IMG/VR virus record: IMGVR_UViG_3300042868_002089
Length of the DNA stretch: 64,000 nt
Reading direction: 5' to 3' (one strand)
Source of the DNA: an uncultured virus (IMG/VR IMGVR_UViG_3300042868_002089)
Lineage: Duplodnaviria > Heunggongvirae > Uroviricota > Caudoviricetes
Shown here: piece after piece, positions 34,401 through 43,452 of the stretch
Numbering within the stretch: the first letter of the stretch is position 1
How the letters are laid out: every line of letters starts with the position of its first letter
Made by a program: the position numbers and the translations under genes
The notes under the pieces: model-generated
What the model was told of the DNA's origin: nothing
Seen by the model: only the letters and a program-made list of their open reading frames with translations
Databases searched by the model: none

Positions 34401-37149
34401 CCGCGGCGTAAGGGTTGCCAAATGTACGGCGCCCTTGTGTGCGTGATTCTCTAGAGGGGTAACCAAAAGGATAGCCAGCTTCGTTAGTAAACTCTCCAGA
34501 CAGTTCTTGTGCGGGAGTAAGTTGTGGCTCCTTGCTAGTACCTTTGTTGTACATGTCGCGGGTATCGCCAAAGCGTGTAATCAGATCACGCAACTCAATG
34601 TTGGCTTCTCGCTCAACAGCAATACGCTCTTGGTCCGTAAGTTTCTGCCCACGCTCAAACTCAACCTCTTTAACAAGACTATCCACCACTTTTTGACGGG
34701 CGGCGTCTAGCTCTTCCTGTTTGGCACGGCCTTTGTTGTAGCGGCTAACAATACGCACCACATCCGCATACGCTTCTTCACGGGCATCGGCCACAGCTTG
34801 GCGCTGGGCAACCTTTTCTGGCATCCGTGTGCCGCCAAGCGTAGTCTCCATAGACTGCTTGGACTCGTCCAGCATACGATTAATTTCATCTTCAGGCACG
34901 CCTTCAGCTCGCATGCGATCAAGATCAACTTGATCCAACTGGCCTGTTCTGGAAATACGGCGGGGTTGCCCTTCAACGCCAAGCTCTGCGGTCAGGCGTT
35001 TGATTTCGTCTTGATTACCAGAAGCATAGGCACGGTCCAGCGCTTCCATTTGTTGTTGGCGCTCACGCTTGGCATCCATGTCAGCCAAGATTTCTTTGAG
35101 GCGTGCAATCTCAGGCTTGTTGCGAGAGGCTTGGGCAATCTGCAACTCAGCGGCAATACGAGCTCTGGACTTATCCGCGGCTGGCAATGTACCGCGCTGA
35201 ACACCGCTACGCAAACTGGGGGAGCCAAACAACTCGCCTTGGTCTTGGAACGGCTGGTTGCGCGGGATGTTCGCCATGTCGGCGACTTCTTTGTCTGTAA
35301 AACCTTCGCGGCGCTGTAAGTCAAGCGTATCCAAGTCTTCCAGATAGCTTGTAACTCCGGGGGCTCCGGCAGGCGCAACAGGTGGCTTTTCCCCCTGTGT
35401 TTTTAAATCTTCTGTACGGGCGGCAAACTCTGCCTTAGCTTGCTTGTCTAGTTCTTTGCCCAACAGTCTGCGCAGGGTGTCTTGCTCGTTAGTCTTTAGT
35501 CCGGGCAACGGCAGGTTTTGGTCAACAATCAAACGCGCTCTATACGGGTCCTGCAGAAGATACGCAATGTAGTCGTCCACATGTGCTTGCTTGTTACCCG
35601 ATGTCTGGCTTTCTGCCAAACGCATACGATCGTTAGCGTATTTAGTAACGTCTTGCGCAGAAGGCGGCTTCGTTTGCGTTGCGGCCGCTAGTGCTGCTGC
35701 CCTCTCTTTGGGCGTTAAAATTTGCTGTTCGTAGTAGCCAATGTTGGCAAGGTCTGCTGACAGCTCTTCTTGTGTTTTTACAGTGCCTTTCTTTTTTGAT
35801 TCAGCAACTGTATCGGTCTGCTCCATCATGTAGTCGTATGGAGACATGCCGGCAATACGGGCCTTCTCTGCGTCTTTGATAGCTTGTTCTGCAAGCTGTT
35901 CGCGCATACCCTTGGTGCGGCGGTACTCAGGTGTCAGCTCTTTGAGCTGCTCACGCAGACTATTGACTTCTGCTTGATTTTCTTTATAGACAGCCCACTC
36001 TTCCGGTGTGCCAGTATCTTTGTTAGGCTTCTTAAGATCACCGCGCTTTTGTTGATACTGTGCCAACAATGCATCGTATCTCTGGCCGAGCTCTGCGGCA
36101 TACTCAGGCGTTTGTTTCTGCGCTTCAAGCTTGTCGGCTTCTTCTTGGGCTTTCTTGGCTTCTTCTTCACGTTGTACGCGAGCTTCTTCTTGCTTGCGCA
36201 CCATGACTTCACCACGCGCACCAGCACGCTCAGACAAACGACCAGCCGCACCTATCGGGGCAAGCAAACCAACTTGGTAAGCAGTCTCTCCGTACTCTTT
36301 CAGCGCATCAGCATCAGTCAGGGACAAGCCTGCTTGCGCACGCTCAAGCATCTGCTGGGTAATCTCTGTTGGGATTTCAGCCAAAGCGCCAGTAGCCGTA
36401 CCTTTAGCCAAAGTGGCCAGCAGTTTTTCATCTGCCAGTTTTGTAACTTCTGCGGCAGATTTACCAAGCAGAGCTTTTTCAGGAATGCCTGTGAGCTTAC
36501 TAACAAGGCGGCCGCCCAAGGGAATCAGAGTGCCTGCAACATCCAAGGCAGCTTGAGGAACAGCTGCAGCGCCGGCAGCGCCGGTGTCAATTTTTAGTGC
36601 TTCGCCACGGGCTTTTTGTTCTGCGGCTTGACGCTCAACGTTACCGCCAAACTGCTGGAATAAAGAAGGAACTGCCGCGCCTGCAAGACCGCCAACAACC
36701 GTACCAACAGGGCCGGCTAAAGAACCAAGTGCCGCGCCAGCACGGGCAGTACCGAATGTGGCCGCAAGGTTAGGCGCTTGTTCAGCAAGTGCCGCAGGGA
36801 TTTGACTGAGGGCTTCACCAGCGGCAGGCAACAGGCCACGTTCTTCATACGCTTTCTTAACCTTGTCAAGGCTGACTTGGTCAGCGTACTTTTGGGAAAT
36901 CTTTTCACCGCGCTCAAGTCCTGCCTGCGCGGCTTCTTCGGCGGAGCCAGTAAGCGCGCCAAACGCGGTACGGCCAGAAGAAATTAAAGACTCAAGGCCT
37001 TTGCTTGCCGCGGCCCCAAGGCCTTCTTTGGGTTTGAGCTGTTTATAGTTTGCTTGAACAAAAGCAACAACTTCATCAGGAGATGCGCCGGGAGGGCCCT
37101 CTACACTATAAATACGACCATCGGGTCCTTCTACTTTGTATATGGGCAT
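28405..37149 (-). CDS. Giant internal virion (ejection) protein, polyvalent type, with zincin-like and LPD38-like domains
   Basis: 2914 aa; long coiled coils; LHEGVH...NEFAAE; C-terminal IPFFNAQIQG...RLPIPFEIG. Confidence 0.8.
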   Translation of the reverse strand: MPIYKVEGPDGRIYSVEGPPGASPDEVVAFVQANYKQLKPKEGLGAAASKGLESLISSGRTAFGALTGSAEEAAQAGLERGEKISQKYADQVSLDKVKKAYEERGLLPAAGEALSQIPAALAEQAPNLAATFGTARAGAALGSLAGPVGTVVGGLAGAAVPSLFQQFGGNVERQAAEQKARGEALKIDTGAAGAAAVPQAALDVAGTLIPLGGRLVSKLTGIPEKALLGKSAAEVTKLADEKLLATLAKGTATGALAEIPTEITQQMLERAQAGLSLTDADALKEYGETAYQVGLLAPIGAAGRLSERAGARGEVMVRKQEEARVQREEEAKKAQEEADKLEAQKQTPEYAAELGQRYDALLAQYQQKRGDLKKPNKDTGTPEEWAVYKENQAEVNSLREQLKELTPEYRRTKGMREQLAEQAIKDAEKARIAGMSPYDYMMEQTDTVAESKKKGTVKTQEELSADLANIGYYEQQILTPKERAAALAAATQTKPPSAQDVTKYANDRMRLAESQTSGNKQAHVDDYIAYLLQDPYRARLIVDQNLPLPGLKTNEQDTLRRLLGKELDKQAKAEFAARTEDLKTQGEKPPVAPAGAPGVTSYLEDLDTLDLQRREGFTDKEVADMANIPRNQPFQDQGELFGSPSLRSGVQRGTLPAADKSRARIAAELQIAQASRNKPEIARLKEILADMDAKRERQQQMEALDRAYASGNQDEIKRLTAELGVEGQPRRISRTGQLDQVDLDRMRAEGVPEDEINRMLDESKQSMETTLGGTRMPEKVAQRQAVADAREEAYADVVRIVSRYNKGRAKQEELDAARQKVVDSLVKEVEFERGQKLTDQERIAVEREANIELRDLITRFGDTRDMYNKGTSKEPQLTPAQELSGEFTNEAGYPFGYPSRESRTQGRRTFGNPYAAAMAIQEGLDQIRDRYISPEGPGVTRTYAPETTSPEALLKQLDGTLANDKTSSEVRKLAARIGDNWREVQANAAVGEETALPPSRRGTLPTTLADDISQWLYSVSIGQESKEFRDRVEARLDAIERAKLSETDVQTRETAWGTAAKPVTAIQEDLFSDKEYSGYKFANYAEFDKFLGSDALQQMRSAIGLGRPTLTRLLDRVRVFSNKAAALRKQSDALVEKYDKIRADKEAQIAEIDSMNSVALARENKELLEAQRMLKEAQESQRQLINRLDSELFGLQAQYIQAATALEFSIKTSEDITKAIAANVNNFTGKEEAALQEVLKAKEQLAEAIKTLNTLSVFKGGVEEQKVKEGQTWADVLRGLKEAPKILAAQQAIIDATTKWRRLYALNQTQSRIVKFLDKDLDLQMQLQAEIAKFDGLSKDMLDAGLELTLAKNTQDRSVQNRTELKKAREEISTAQKIIEESEKRIADQQAETDKLLAKLGVVEYKNNHRFTEDSTNGRTIRAATVAEEELVRTLGPVADAARNIEKTAQNAINKFLAGRREGFPVTPETQLDRENRDAEVRRIENARNSRLASLEGERISFDKRRKLAERLNATPEVYAQLDAVIDQANTELEQLVKDERLIKEHIAKAKEDKKWAIANKVELEIYSRNITDYEAMLGDVTKMRDQLEKEKKDAENAIERLKEAEDTVNQIFSNEVEYDLAGNPIQSVAAAMSDATQKRLDKVEQNIKTRTESSQESGISPELRTSRVKELNKAKREKQRLLDRLSAKTGITRKNIQLGTETESVIPGTRLDQRKIGPVVKKTVTAGNVRTGDVTTTEERKLSTQNKITQAGKTRPVTSKQAQREANKDTELQRITDRMNYLEDLDRRNDAALEAATAANDTKRIETLTNNQTRIAEQLEAKREELAGLGNVTRIQPSTKRLMQAAAVASQGPALKDEVDTEKSAAAIMQNISTSTNDEINRAIAERLKMLLGNTEVRLVDDLRGDNGEAVYGTAASNGSFIELDKTYGLNEQTALHEGVHAGVERVLNLPEDQLTPEQLAAKKELVAIYNALKADKSMPYPELVTSLNEFAAEALTSPKLRTYMQSKPWTLKYMWDAFKSVILRLLGVKTPTNMSEAAIAAVDRLMTKVPRPTEADMTLDQPRLNRARDSEFDDIVDISNKMVARQKTWSESIKVNATGLAFETQLVDRFAGFERLSKVMDKLKGIQMMYYLRMYDQRMNFVAQSAANGALQIVEKVRADGQKEYLIESRPGASLRGVSEILKGASDVMGGADNASRAFTSYMAALRAKRVGLDKLNFSGTITQAELDRVLATVEGNKTIKDVFERARQEYNEYNRGLVNFAVSAGAIRKADAEALLKSNDYIPFYRERNGVVELMIGGENPIRIGNIKEQPYLQELVGGDAPIMDFMVSSVQNTNMMVDMALRNLATKNAVFELKNMDMAKITDKAISGPDVIKFKVDGEDRFAQVDTDRAGVPADILVKGMEGIPTQMPFALRVLAAPASFLRKAVTATPVYAARQLFRDSLAAPLLSGADFIPVTGALRQIGSATKGTLESRGITGGQVFTGGAADITDIMRRIASGKSGWSDFVSKAESISMEADALSRRAQYNSYIKQGLSEMEATYMALESMNFTKRGASPSIHMANSLIPFFNAQIQGLNVLYKSMTGKMPFNERLKVQEKLLTRGLMIAAGTLAYAAMMQDDEAYQNATPEQKYGNWFVRIPGVEEAVRLPIPFEIGYIFKALPEALYNTMVNERGGEQAVQAFRQILLNTIPGGSSFGIPQAMRPAIEAGLGKSFYTGRDIMSPHEQKLLPEAQFRENTSQIAKSIGATAGVSPIILEQLVQGYTGSLGLAFLQAISMPFGKSDSPEKAFKRLSEMPVVGTVFQPNDAGGIINMAYDRMNEFSKVKSTVDDLIERGEKAKALELINTKANEYAAGEIAHDFTSTMGELTQYERAIRASNLTPEQKRERLDEIRKIKIRYADTMRGAVDRTVPQ

Positions 37150-37177
37150 TGCAGCGCATCCTAATTGTTACGGGGTA

Positions 37178-39196
37178 TCAACTAACCCCTAAAAACTTAA
37201 AGCCTCCGCCACCCGCAGGTGCGGCCTGTTTAGCCATTATAGGTTTAACTCCAGCACTTGCATAGATTTGTTCACGAATTCTTTGTTCTTCGCGCATGCG
37301 AGCCGTTGGGTCTTGCAAGGCCAACATCTTGTTGTTCTTGTCCCAGTTGGCCATGTAGTCGTTGACTTCTTTTTCAGCTTCAAAAGATATATTCTTTTCC
37401 TTGGCACCGCGCTCAAGTGCGTCTGCGTACGCAGTCTGATACCTAGTCTGAGCTTCTCTGTAAGCTTTTTCTGTTACTGATTTTTCGCGTTCTTTCTTGT
37501 CAGCCAATGCGCCAAGTCCAGACTCTCCAGCCGCAACCAAGAAGTTTGGATTCTTATTGGCCATCAACCGCAAGCCAAGGGACAAGTAGTCCTCGTTTGA
37601 AAGACTGAAACCTTTCTTCTCTGGCACAACCGCTTTGGCAGTTTCAACAACTTTATCTTTGACAGGTTCTGGCATACCGCCAAACTCGTCAGGGCTAACG
37701 GGTTCCATTTTGTTGGGGTTATAGCCAAGGCCAGAAGCTGCAGAAGCTGCGCCAGCAGAAGCTGTGTCAGCGGGAAACGTTTCATTGGCAAGGGCGCTTA
37801 CGCGTCCAGCAGCCTGAGCTTTTTGACCAGTTTGAGCTAAGCGTTGTGCGGTTGCAACATCCACAGCTTCTCGCGCTTGAGATGCCTGTGCAATCTGTGC
37901 GGCTTTACTTGGGCCTTCTGCGGCACGGCGGGCTTCAATCATTTTGCGCAGATACTCTTGCTCTTCCAATGTAGCGCCAGCGGCTTGTGCTTCTTTAGTG
38001 GCTTGTTGAGTGGCTTCTAGCGCCTTCAAACCGCTAGATTCTTTTTGCAATGCAGCAATTTCTTGCGGCGACATACGGCCAGCAGGCCCTTGCAAAAAGC
38101 CCAGCTTATTACCGATTCTTTCGCCCAAAGCAACAATACCAGACGACCCTGATTTAACTGAACCAATTACAGGAGCCAACGGTGTCGGAGCGTTTAAAGT
38201 GTTGCTGATTTGGCGTTGAGCTTCCAAAGGAATGCCCATTTTGTCAGCCATCCGCCCAAAAAACGAATTGGTTTGGTCGTAGTTAGAAGCAGGCACATCG
38301 TACTTTTCGCCGGGCGCAAGGCTTCTAGAAGGGCTATAACCCGGAATTTGCGAAGCCAAGCTAGTATCCGCAGGGGCTGCGGCTTGCTGTTTTTGTGGTG
38401 TACCCGCTTGGGCAGAACCGATAGGCAACGCAGCAGTCATGCGCTGGGCAATGCTCTTGCCGTACTCAACAGTGTCTGGTGCGTTCGGGTTCTTTGGATC
38501 ACTTACCGCCACGCCTTGGGCCGCTTTTTTCATACCGCCGGGACCGCCGTAGTAGTAAGCGCCAGCCAACACAGGGTCGCCGCCAGCCGCATCAAAGCCT
38601 TTTTTACCGTAGCGAATACCCGCACGCATGTTGTCCAGCGGCTTGTTAATGTCCATGTCTTTGTCAGCCACTTGTTTAAAAGTGGTAGGAAGAATTTGCA
38701 TAGCGCCGCGGGCGTCACGATTAGATGTTTTTGCAGTAGTTTTACCGCTGGATTCTTGGGCGTGAAGCGCCTTTAAGAACGCACGTTCTTTTGGATCGGT
38801 GATGCCTTCCATGTCCAAAGCTTTTTCAAACAACTCTGCGCCTGACATTTTGGTAGGGCCGCCCTTAGACATACGAACCACAGGCTCGTTGCGTTGAGCA
38901 AAGTTAAAGTCATTGTCGTCGTAACCAGCAATACCGCCATCAGCCATGCCTTCAAGATTAGGCGCTTGCAACTGCGCAATACCCATCTGATCTACAGCAG
39001 CATCGGCTACTTTGGGCTGCGCCATCGCCATCTGGGATTGCGCGGCTTGACGCGTGCGTTTACGGCGACCATCTTCAGAGATGATTAAAGGCAGTATGTA
39101 TGGGTCAGCCTTGTGCATCATGGCCATTTGTTTCAAGGCCGCATCAGGCAGTTTTTCTAAACGCGAAAGGATGTTTTCTGAGTTTGGGAGTGCCAT
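37178..39196 (-). CDS. Internal virion protein with lytic transglycosylase (SLT) domain
   Basis: QESSG...ARGAMQILPTT...AYYYGGPG. Confidence 0.85.
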   Translation of the reverse strand: MALPNSENILSRLEKLPDAALKQMAMMHKADPYILPLIISEDGRRKRTRQAAQSQMAMAQPKVADAAVDQMGIAQLQAPNLEGMADGGIAGYDDNDFNFAQRNEPVVRMSKGGPTKMSGAELFEKALDMEGITDPKERAFLKALHAQESSGKTTAKTSNRDARGAMQILPTTFKQVADKDMDINKPLDNMRAGIRYGKKGFDAAGGDPVLAGAYYYGGPGGMKKAAQGVAVSDPKNPNAPDTVEYGKSIAQRMTAALPIGSAQAGTPQKQQAAAPADTSLASQIPGYSPSRSLAPGEKYDVPASNYDQTNSFFGRMADKMGIPLEAQRQISNTLNAPTPLAPVIGSVKSGSSGIVALGERIGNKLGFLQGPAGRMSPQEIAALQKESSGLKALEATQQATKEAQAAGATLEEQEYLRKMIEARRAAEGPSKAAQIAQASQAREAVDVATAQRLAQTGQKAQAAGRVSALANETFPADTASAGAASAASGLGYNPNKMEPVSPDEFGGMPEPVKDKVVETAKAVVPEKKGFSLSNEDYLSLGLRLMANKNPNFLVAAGESGLGALADKKEREKSVTEKAYREAQTRYQTAYADALERGAKEKNISFEAEKEVNDYMANWDKNNKMLALQDPTARMREEQRIREQIYASAGVKPIMAKQAAPAGGGGFKFLGVS

Positions 39197-39201
39197 GTTC
39201 T

Positions 39202-40242
39202 TCAGCCCATGTTATAGATTGCAAGATCAGCCAAGCCTGCGGGTTTATCCCTATACGCGACATCCTCAACAGCGCCGCCCTTCTTGAACACGCCCAATCC
39301 TTTAGCGGCAAGGCCAACACCTGCTATTTGAGAAATTGGGCTTGCAGGAGGTGCGTATATGGTGCTACCCATTTGAGACAGAGGTGCACCGCGAAGAATG
39401 TCAGACATGAAGCCCATTTGTTTGTAGGGCTGGTTCTGAGCGTTGAGCCACTCTTGGTATTGGTTGCCAAGAATAGTATTCATTTGCTGTTGTTGCTGGC
39501 CACCATAAGTATTTTGCAACTTGTTGATGTCCATGCCCTGAGTGAACTGGTTTTGGCCAATTGTGTTCAGTGTGTTGGCGCCTGTAAGAGCTGTTTGCAA
39601 ACCTTGCAGACCAAGACCCGCGCCATACTGGCGTGACTGCTCGTTTAACTGAGCTGCTTGCTGGCGTTGCTGTTGCTCTGTGTTGAACTGATTCAGTGCT
39701 TGGCCGTAAGCGTTTTGCATGCCAGTAGCAAAGATGTCGCCCTTTTGGCGAGCCAAATTACCAGCGGCTTGACCCCGCATAAGATAGTCACCACTACCGC
39801 CAAACGCACCAGTACGAGCCGCTTGAGCTTGCTGAGCTTGTCCTGCAATAGCCGCTTGACGCGCAGCATCGTTTTGCTGGCGCTGAATGACTTGCTGAAC
39901 ATAGGGCGACATGTACTGAGACAGCGCATCACCACCAGTCACGCTACCTGCTTGGTAGTTGCTAGGGCCGTACTGTGTGTTGAGTGCTTGCTGACCCGCT
40001 AACCCCGCCAAACCTGAAGCGCCTGCCAGTTGGTATGAAGGCTGCATTTGCTGAGCGCCTTCAAAGGATTGCTTTTGAAGTGGGGAGAACTGCGCAACAC
40101 GCTCTTTTGTATACGCCTCGTAAGGGATGTTGGGGTCAGCAAAAGCTTCTGCTTTTCCCAGCAATCTTTCCGCGTAAGGGGCAAGTTGAGGCGCAAAACC
40201 TACTTGGTTTTCCGTTGTTTGTTGTAAGACTTGGCTGGCCAT
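39202..40242 (-). CDS. Internal virion / DNA ejection protein
   Basis: Q/A/G-rich; YMSPY and GAFGGS motifs; position among ejection genes. Confidence 0.7.
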   Translation of the reverse strand: MASQVLQQTTENQVGFAPQLAPYAERLLGKAEAFADPNIPYEAYTKERVAQFSPLQKQSFEGAQQMQPSYQLAGASGLAGLAGQQALNTQYGPSNYQAGSVTGGDALSQYMSPYVQQVIQRQQNDAARQAAIAGQAQQAQAARTGAFGGSGDYLMRGQAAGNLARQKGDIFATGMQNAYGQALNQFNTEQQQRQQAAQLNEQSRQYGAGLGLQGLQTALTGANTLNTIGQNQFTQGMDINKLQNTYGGQQQQQMNTILGNQYQEWLNAQNQPYKQMGFMSDILRGAPLSQMGSTIYAPPASPISQIAGVGLAAKGLGVFKKGGAVEDVAYRDKPAGLADLAIYNMG

Positions 40243-40253
40243 TTACTGACTCC

Positions 40254-42731
40254 TTATGCGGGAAGATGTTTCTCAGAGCGGGAGTTGGCGGCTACTTTGC
40301 CCTTACCAACAGTCTTGCCCCGAGCTTTTTGAATACGGTCCATCATGGCGTACAGCTTACGTGCGCCAGCTTCTGTAGAGCCGTTACCCAGCTCAGACAC
40401 AATACGTGCAGGCACTACAAACTCACCATCAGCAAGACGTGCGGGGTGCTTCTTACGGCCAATCGTAGCAGGAATGCTGTCAGACACGCCGTCTCCGGGA
40501 CCCTTGAGCAAACGGCCACCATCAGAGTAACCGCCCAGTGCACCAAGACCACCAAGGGCGTAGCGGGGCATCATGCCGCCGTTAGCGTAGCCCATCAAAC
40601 CGCCGTTGGCACTACCGGCGGACTCATAGTCTTCGTCAAGGCTATTACCGTCATCAAACCACCAATCGCCACCGCCGCCATCGTCATTGCCAATGTATGT
40701 TGGATCGCCGGGGTATGAACCAAACGCGTCTGGCATACCTTCAGGTGACTCAGATGCAGCGCCAGTGTACGTGTTGTTACCGCTGTTTAGCGAGTTGTCA
40801 CCCGCCATAGAGCCGTCGTAGTACCCCGAGTTATCAACGTTTTCCCAAGGCTGAACTTCATAGTACGTGTCTGAGTCAGCATCTACAGGTGTCTCTGGCA
40901 TGCGATCAATAATTTCTTGAATACCTGCAGTTGTTCCATCATCTACAGGTGTCTCTGGCATGCGATCAATAATTTCTTGAATACCTGCAGTTGTACCGTC
41001 GTCTACAGGCGCTTCAGGCAGCCTATCAATAATTTCTTGAATACCTGCAGTTGTACCGTCATCTACAGGCGCTTCAGGCGCTTCAGGCAGCCTATCAATA
41101 ATTTCTTGAATGCCCGGAGTTGTACCGTCATCCACAGGCTCTTCAGGCATCCGGTCAATAATTTCTTGAATGCCCGGAGTTGTGCCGTCATCTACAGGCT
41201 CTTCAGGCATCCGGTCAATAATTTCTTGAATACCTGCAGTTGTACCGTCGTCTACAGGCTCTTCAGGCATCCGGTCAATAATTTCTTGAATGCCCGGAGT
41301 TGTACCGTCATCTTGAATTGTTGGCGTAGGCACACGATCTTCAACAGGTATATCGGGGTTAGGTGGCGCGGGCACAAAGCCTGAATACGTAGATGAGGAC
41401 CCAGTATCGGACCCGGCGTTACCTACGCTTGCACCCCCGCCACCACCTCCACCACCGCCAATACCACCCCCGCCACCACCGCCTGTAACTGGAGTCGTAG
41501 TCATAGACGTAGAAGGTGTTGTAGTTGTAGTTGTAGCTGGAGGGTTTGTGTTTGAAACAACTGGTCTGGTTTGGGTTGCTTGAATCCCCGAGGGGTTAGA
41601 GCCAGCGGTGTTACCCATCAAATAGTCGTACGCATCCTTAGACTGGCCAGACAGGGTGTTAAATCTGGCATACGGATCGTTTGTATTTTGAGCTGGGGCC
41701 TGTGCTTGGGCCTGTGCTTGGGCTTGTGCCTGTGCTTGGGCTTGTTGTGCCTGCGCGTATGCTTGTGCTTCGTCTCGTGCGCGCGCTTGTTGTGCTTGTG
41801 CGTATGCTACTGGGTCTGCTGTTTGTTCTAATTGTTTTAAAATACCGCCAGCAAAATACCTAGCTACCCCGCCGTCAGCCAACGCTACGATACCGCCGCT
41901 GGCCATGCCGGGTGGGAGCTGCTGTCCTAAACCTGTTGGGGGTGCGGATGGTGCGGGGGGTGCGGTTTCCCCTTTACGGATAAAGTCAGGGAACTGACGA
42001 GCGCCCCACTCACTGGCCAATACGGGGTCCATTGCCCTGACTGTACGGGTATTAGCGTCGTATTGGTATGGTCGAATGTATCCCTTATACTGGGATGTAG
42101 GCATTTTGGTCGTTGTTGGGACCATGGCGTCAGCAATAAACGGAGACGCGGCGGCGAGGCCCATCTTCCAATTGTCTTTGGCAAACTGTCCAAATGCAGA
42201 GGGGTCTTTTGTAACGGCTTTAAATCCAGCTCCAATTTTGTCTAGGTTTGATGTAGCCGCAGCGTTGGCGGCGGGGGCAGTGGCGGCATTTTGAAAACCT
42301 AAAGCCTGTGCTTGAGCATCTGTCAAAGATGTTGCTAAGTTAGCACTTTGTGCCCCCACAGCATTTGCTCCAGCACCCATAAATGCTTGGCCTAGACCTG
42401 CACCACCATAAGCACCAAGACCTGCCATCAAGCCTTTAGACAAACTTCCAGTAGCCAAAGCAGTAACGCCGCCAACTGCTAGTCCAGCGCCTGCGGCACT
42501 CATCAAACCAAAACCAGCGGGGCCTAGTGCAAAGCCCGCAATCATGGGCAGGAGCTTCTTCAGAAAGCCAGCTTCAGGCAAACCTGTGTCGGGGTTGATA
42601 GTCAATGAGCCGCCATTTTTCATGGCCAACGCCTGTAGACTCGCCACTTCTTCAGGAGTCATGTGAACAAGCATGGAGTCAGAGCCACGCCCTTTGGTGG
42701 CCATGTGGTTGGCTAATACGTGAAGGCTCAT
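40254..42731 (-). CDS. Internal virion protein with 20-aa tandem repeats
   Basis: N-terminal GRGSDSMLVHM...INPDTGLPEA; C-terminal GPGDGVSDSIPA...LADGEFV. Confidence 0.8.
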   Translation of the reverse strand: MSLHVLANHMATKGRGSDSMLVHMTPEEVASLQALAMKNGGSLTINPDTGLPEAGFLKKLLPMIAGFALGPAGFGLMSAAGAGLAVGGVTALATGSLSKGLMAGLGAYGGAGLGQAFMGAGANAVGAQSANLATSLTDAQAQALGFQNAATAPAANAAATSNLDKIGAGFKAVTKDPSAFGQFAKDNWKMGLAAASPFIADAMVPTTTKMPTSQYKGYIRPYQYDANTRTVRAMDPVLASEWGARQFPDFIRKGETAPPAPSAPPTGLGQQLPPGMASGGIVALADGGVARYFAGGILKQLEQTADPVAYAQAQQARARDEAQAYAQAQQAQAQAQAQAQAQAQAPAQNTNDPYARFNTLSGQSKDAYDYLMGNTAGSNPSGIQATQTRPVVSNTNPPATTTTTTPSTSMTTTPVTGGGGGGGIGGGGGGGGGASVGNAGSDTGSSSTYSGFVPAPPNPDIPVEDRVPTPTIQDDGTTPGIQEIIDRMPEEPVDDGTTAGIQEIIDRMPEEPVDDGTTPGIQEIIDRMPEEPVDDGTTPGIQEIIDRLPEAPEAPVDDGTTAGIQEIIDRLPEAPVDDGTTAGIQEIIDRMPETPVDDGTTAGIQEIIDRMPETPVDADSDTYYEVQPWENVDNSGYYDGSMAGDNSLNSGNNTYTGAASESPEGMPDAFGSYPGDPTYIGNDDGGGGDWWFDDGNSLDEDYESAGSANGGLMGYANGGMMPRYALGGLGALGGYSDGGRLLKGPGDGVSDSIPATIGRKKHPARLADGEFVVPARIVSELGNGSTEAGARKLYAMMDRIQKARGKTVGKGKVAANSRSEKHLPA
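40881..41312 (-). repeat. 7 x 60-bp coding tandem repeat
   Basis: DDGTT(P/A)GIQEIIDR(M/L)PE(E/A/T)PV x7; one copy has a 9-bp duplication. Confidence 0.95.
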
Positions 42732-42759
42732 GTTTGCCTCTCAAAATGGGGGTTAATCA

Positions 42760-42788
42760 AGTTTATCATGTTGATAGCGCAGAGACAA
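42760..42788 (-). promoter_or_regulatory. Sigma70-like promoter for the ejection-protein operon
   Basis: TTGTCT-17bp-TAAACT with TGn extension. Confidence 0.55.
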
Positions 42789-43452
42789 ATGTTATTGATC
42801 CAATTGCAGAAGGAACTGCGGGGTACGCCATAGGGCTTGTTTGAGCTGAGCGGTAGTCGATATAGACCCCTGTTGCTCCGCCAGATGTGGCCGCTTGATC
42901 TGTACCCCACCACAAACCAACAGAGTCGCCTGCTTTTAAAGTAAACACGACTTCGGAATAGCCGCAAACAAAGTTTGGCAGCAGTGCGCTTTTTCGGGCT
43001 TGAAGGGTAAAAATTGTTGTGGAGTTGGTTACGTCAGCGGTGGAAGTGACGCCGTTTACGCGCAACCAAACAATAGCATCGTGAATGGCGTTGTCGTTAT
43101 TTGCAAACTGAAGGCTGTAAGTTATTTTGTACACCCCAGCAATCTGCGCTGTAGCTGTGTTGTTTGTATTTAACGTAAACCCACTGCCTGCATCCAACGT
43201 ATCCCATTGAACTATGGTTGGCGTATTTGCCGCTGTTGCGTATTGAAGTGCTCCGTCAGACGCGGCAATGTAAGGAAAACCAAGGTACTGCCCGCCCGTG
43301 TCGCCAAGCAGTTCACTCAAAGCATTACGCAGCTGGTTAAAGTAAAGACGCAAGATGTTGGTAAACTGGTCTTGATACCTGCGCTCGTACTGCTCCGTAC
43401 CTAACGGCAAGTTAGGTGGTGCCGGGTTAAGGATGCGTTCACTAGAAGCCAT
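42766..43452 (-). CDS. Virion structural protein
   Basis: 228 aa; conserved N-terminus PPNLP...ILRLYFNQL; C1q/TNF-like beta domain. Confidence 0.7.
   Translation of the reverse strand: MASSERILNPAPPNLPLGTEQYERRYQDQFTNILRLYFNQLRNALSELLGDTGGQYLGFPYIAASDGALQYATAANTPTIVQWDTLDAGSGFTLNTNNTATAQIAGVYKITYSLQFANNDNAIHDAIVWLRVNGVTSTADVTNSTTIFTLQARKSALLPNFVCGYSEVVFTLKAGDSVGLWWGTDQAATSGGATGVYIDYRSAQTSPMAYPAVPSAIGSITFVSALST

Noticed and set aside
28405..37149. Virion RNA polymerase (N4- or crAss-like)
   Set aside because: No DxDGD/DFDID or T7-type motif found by eye; a structural search is needed to exclude it fully
40881..41312. Possible CRISPR-like array
   Set aside because: Contiguous in-frame coding repeats without unique spacers
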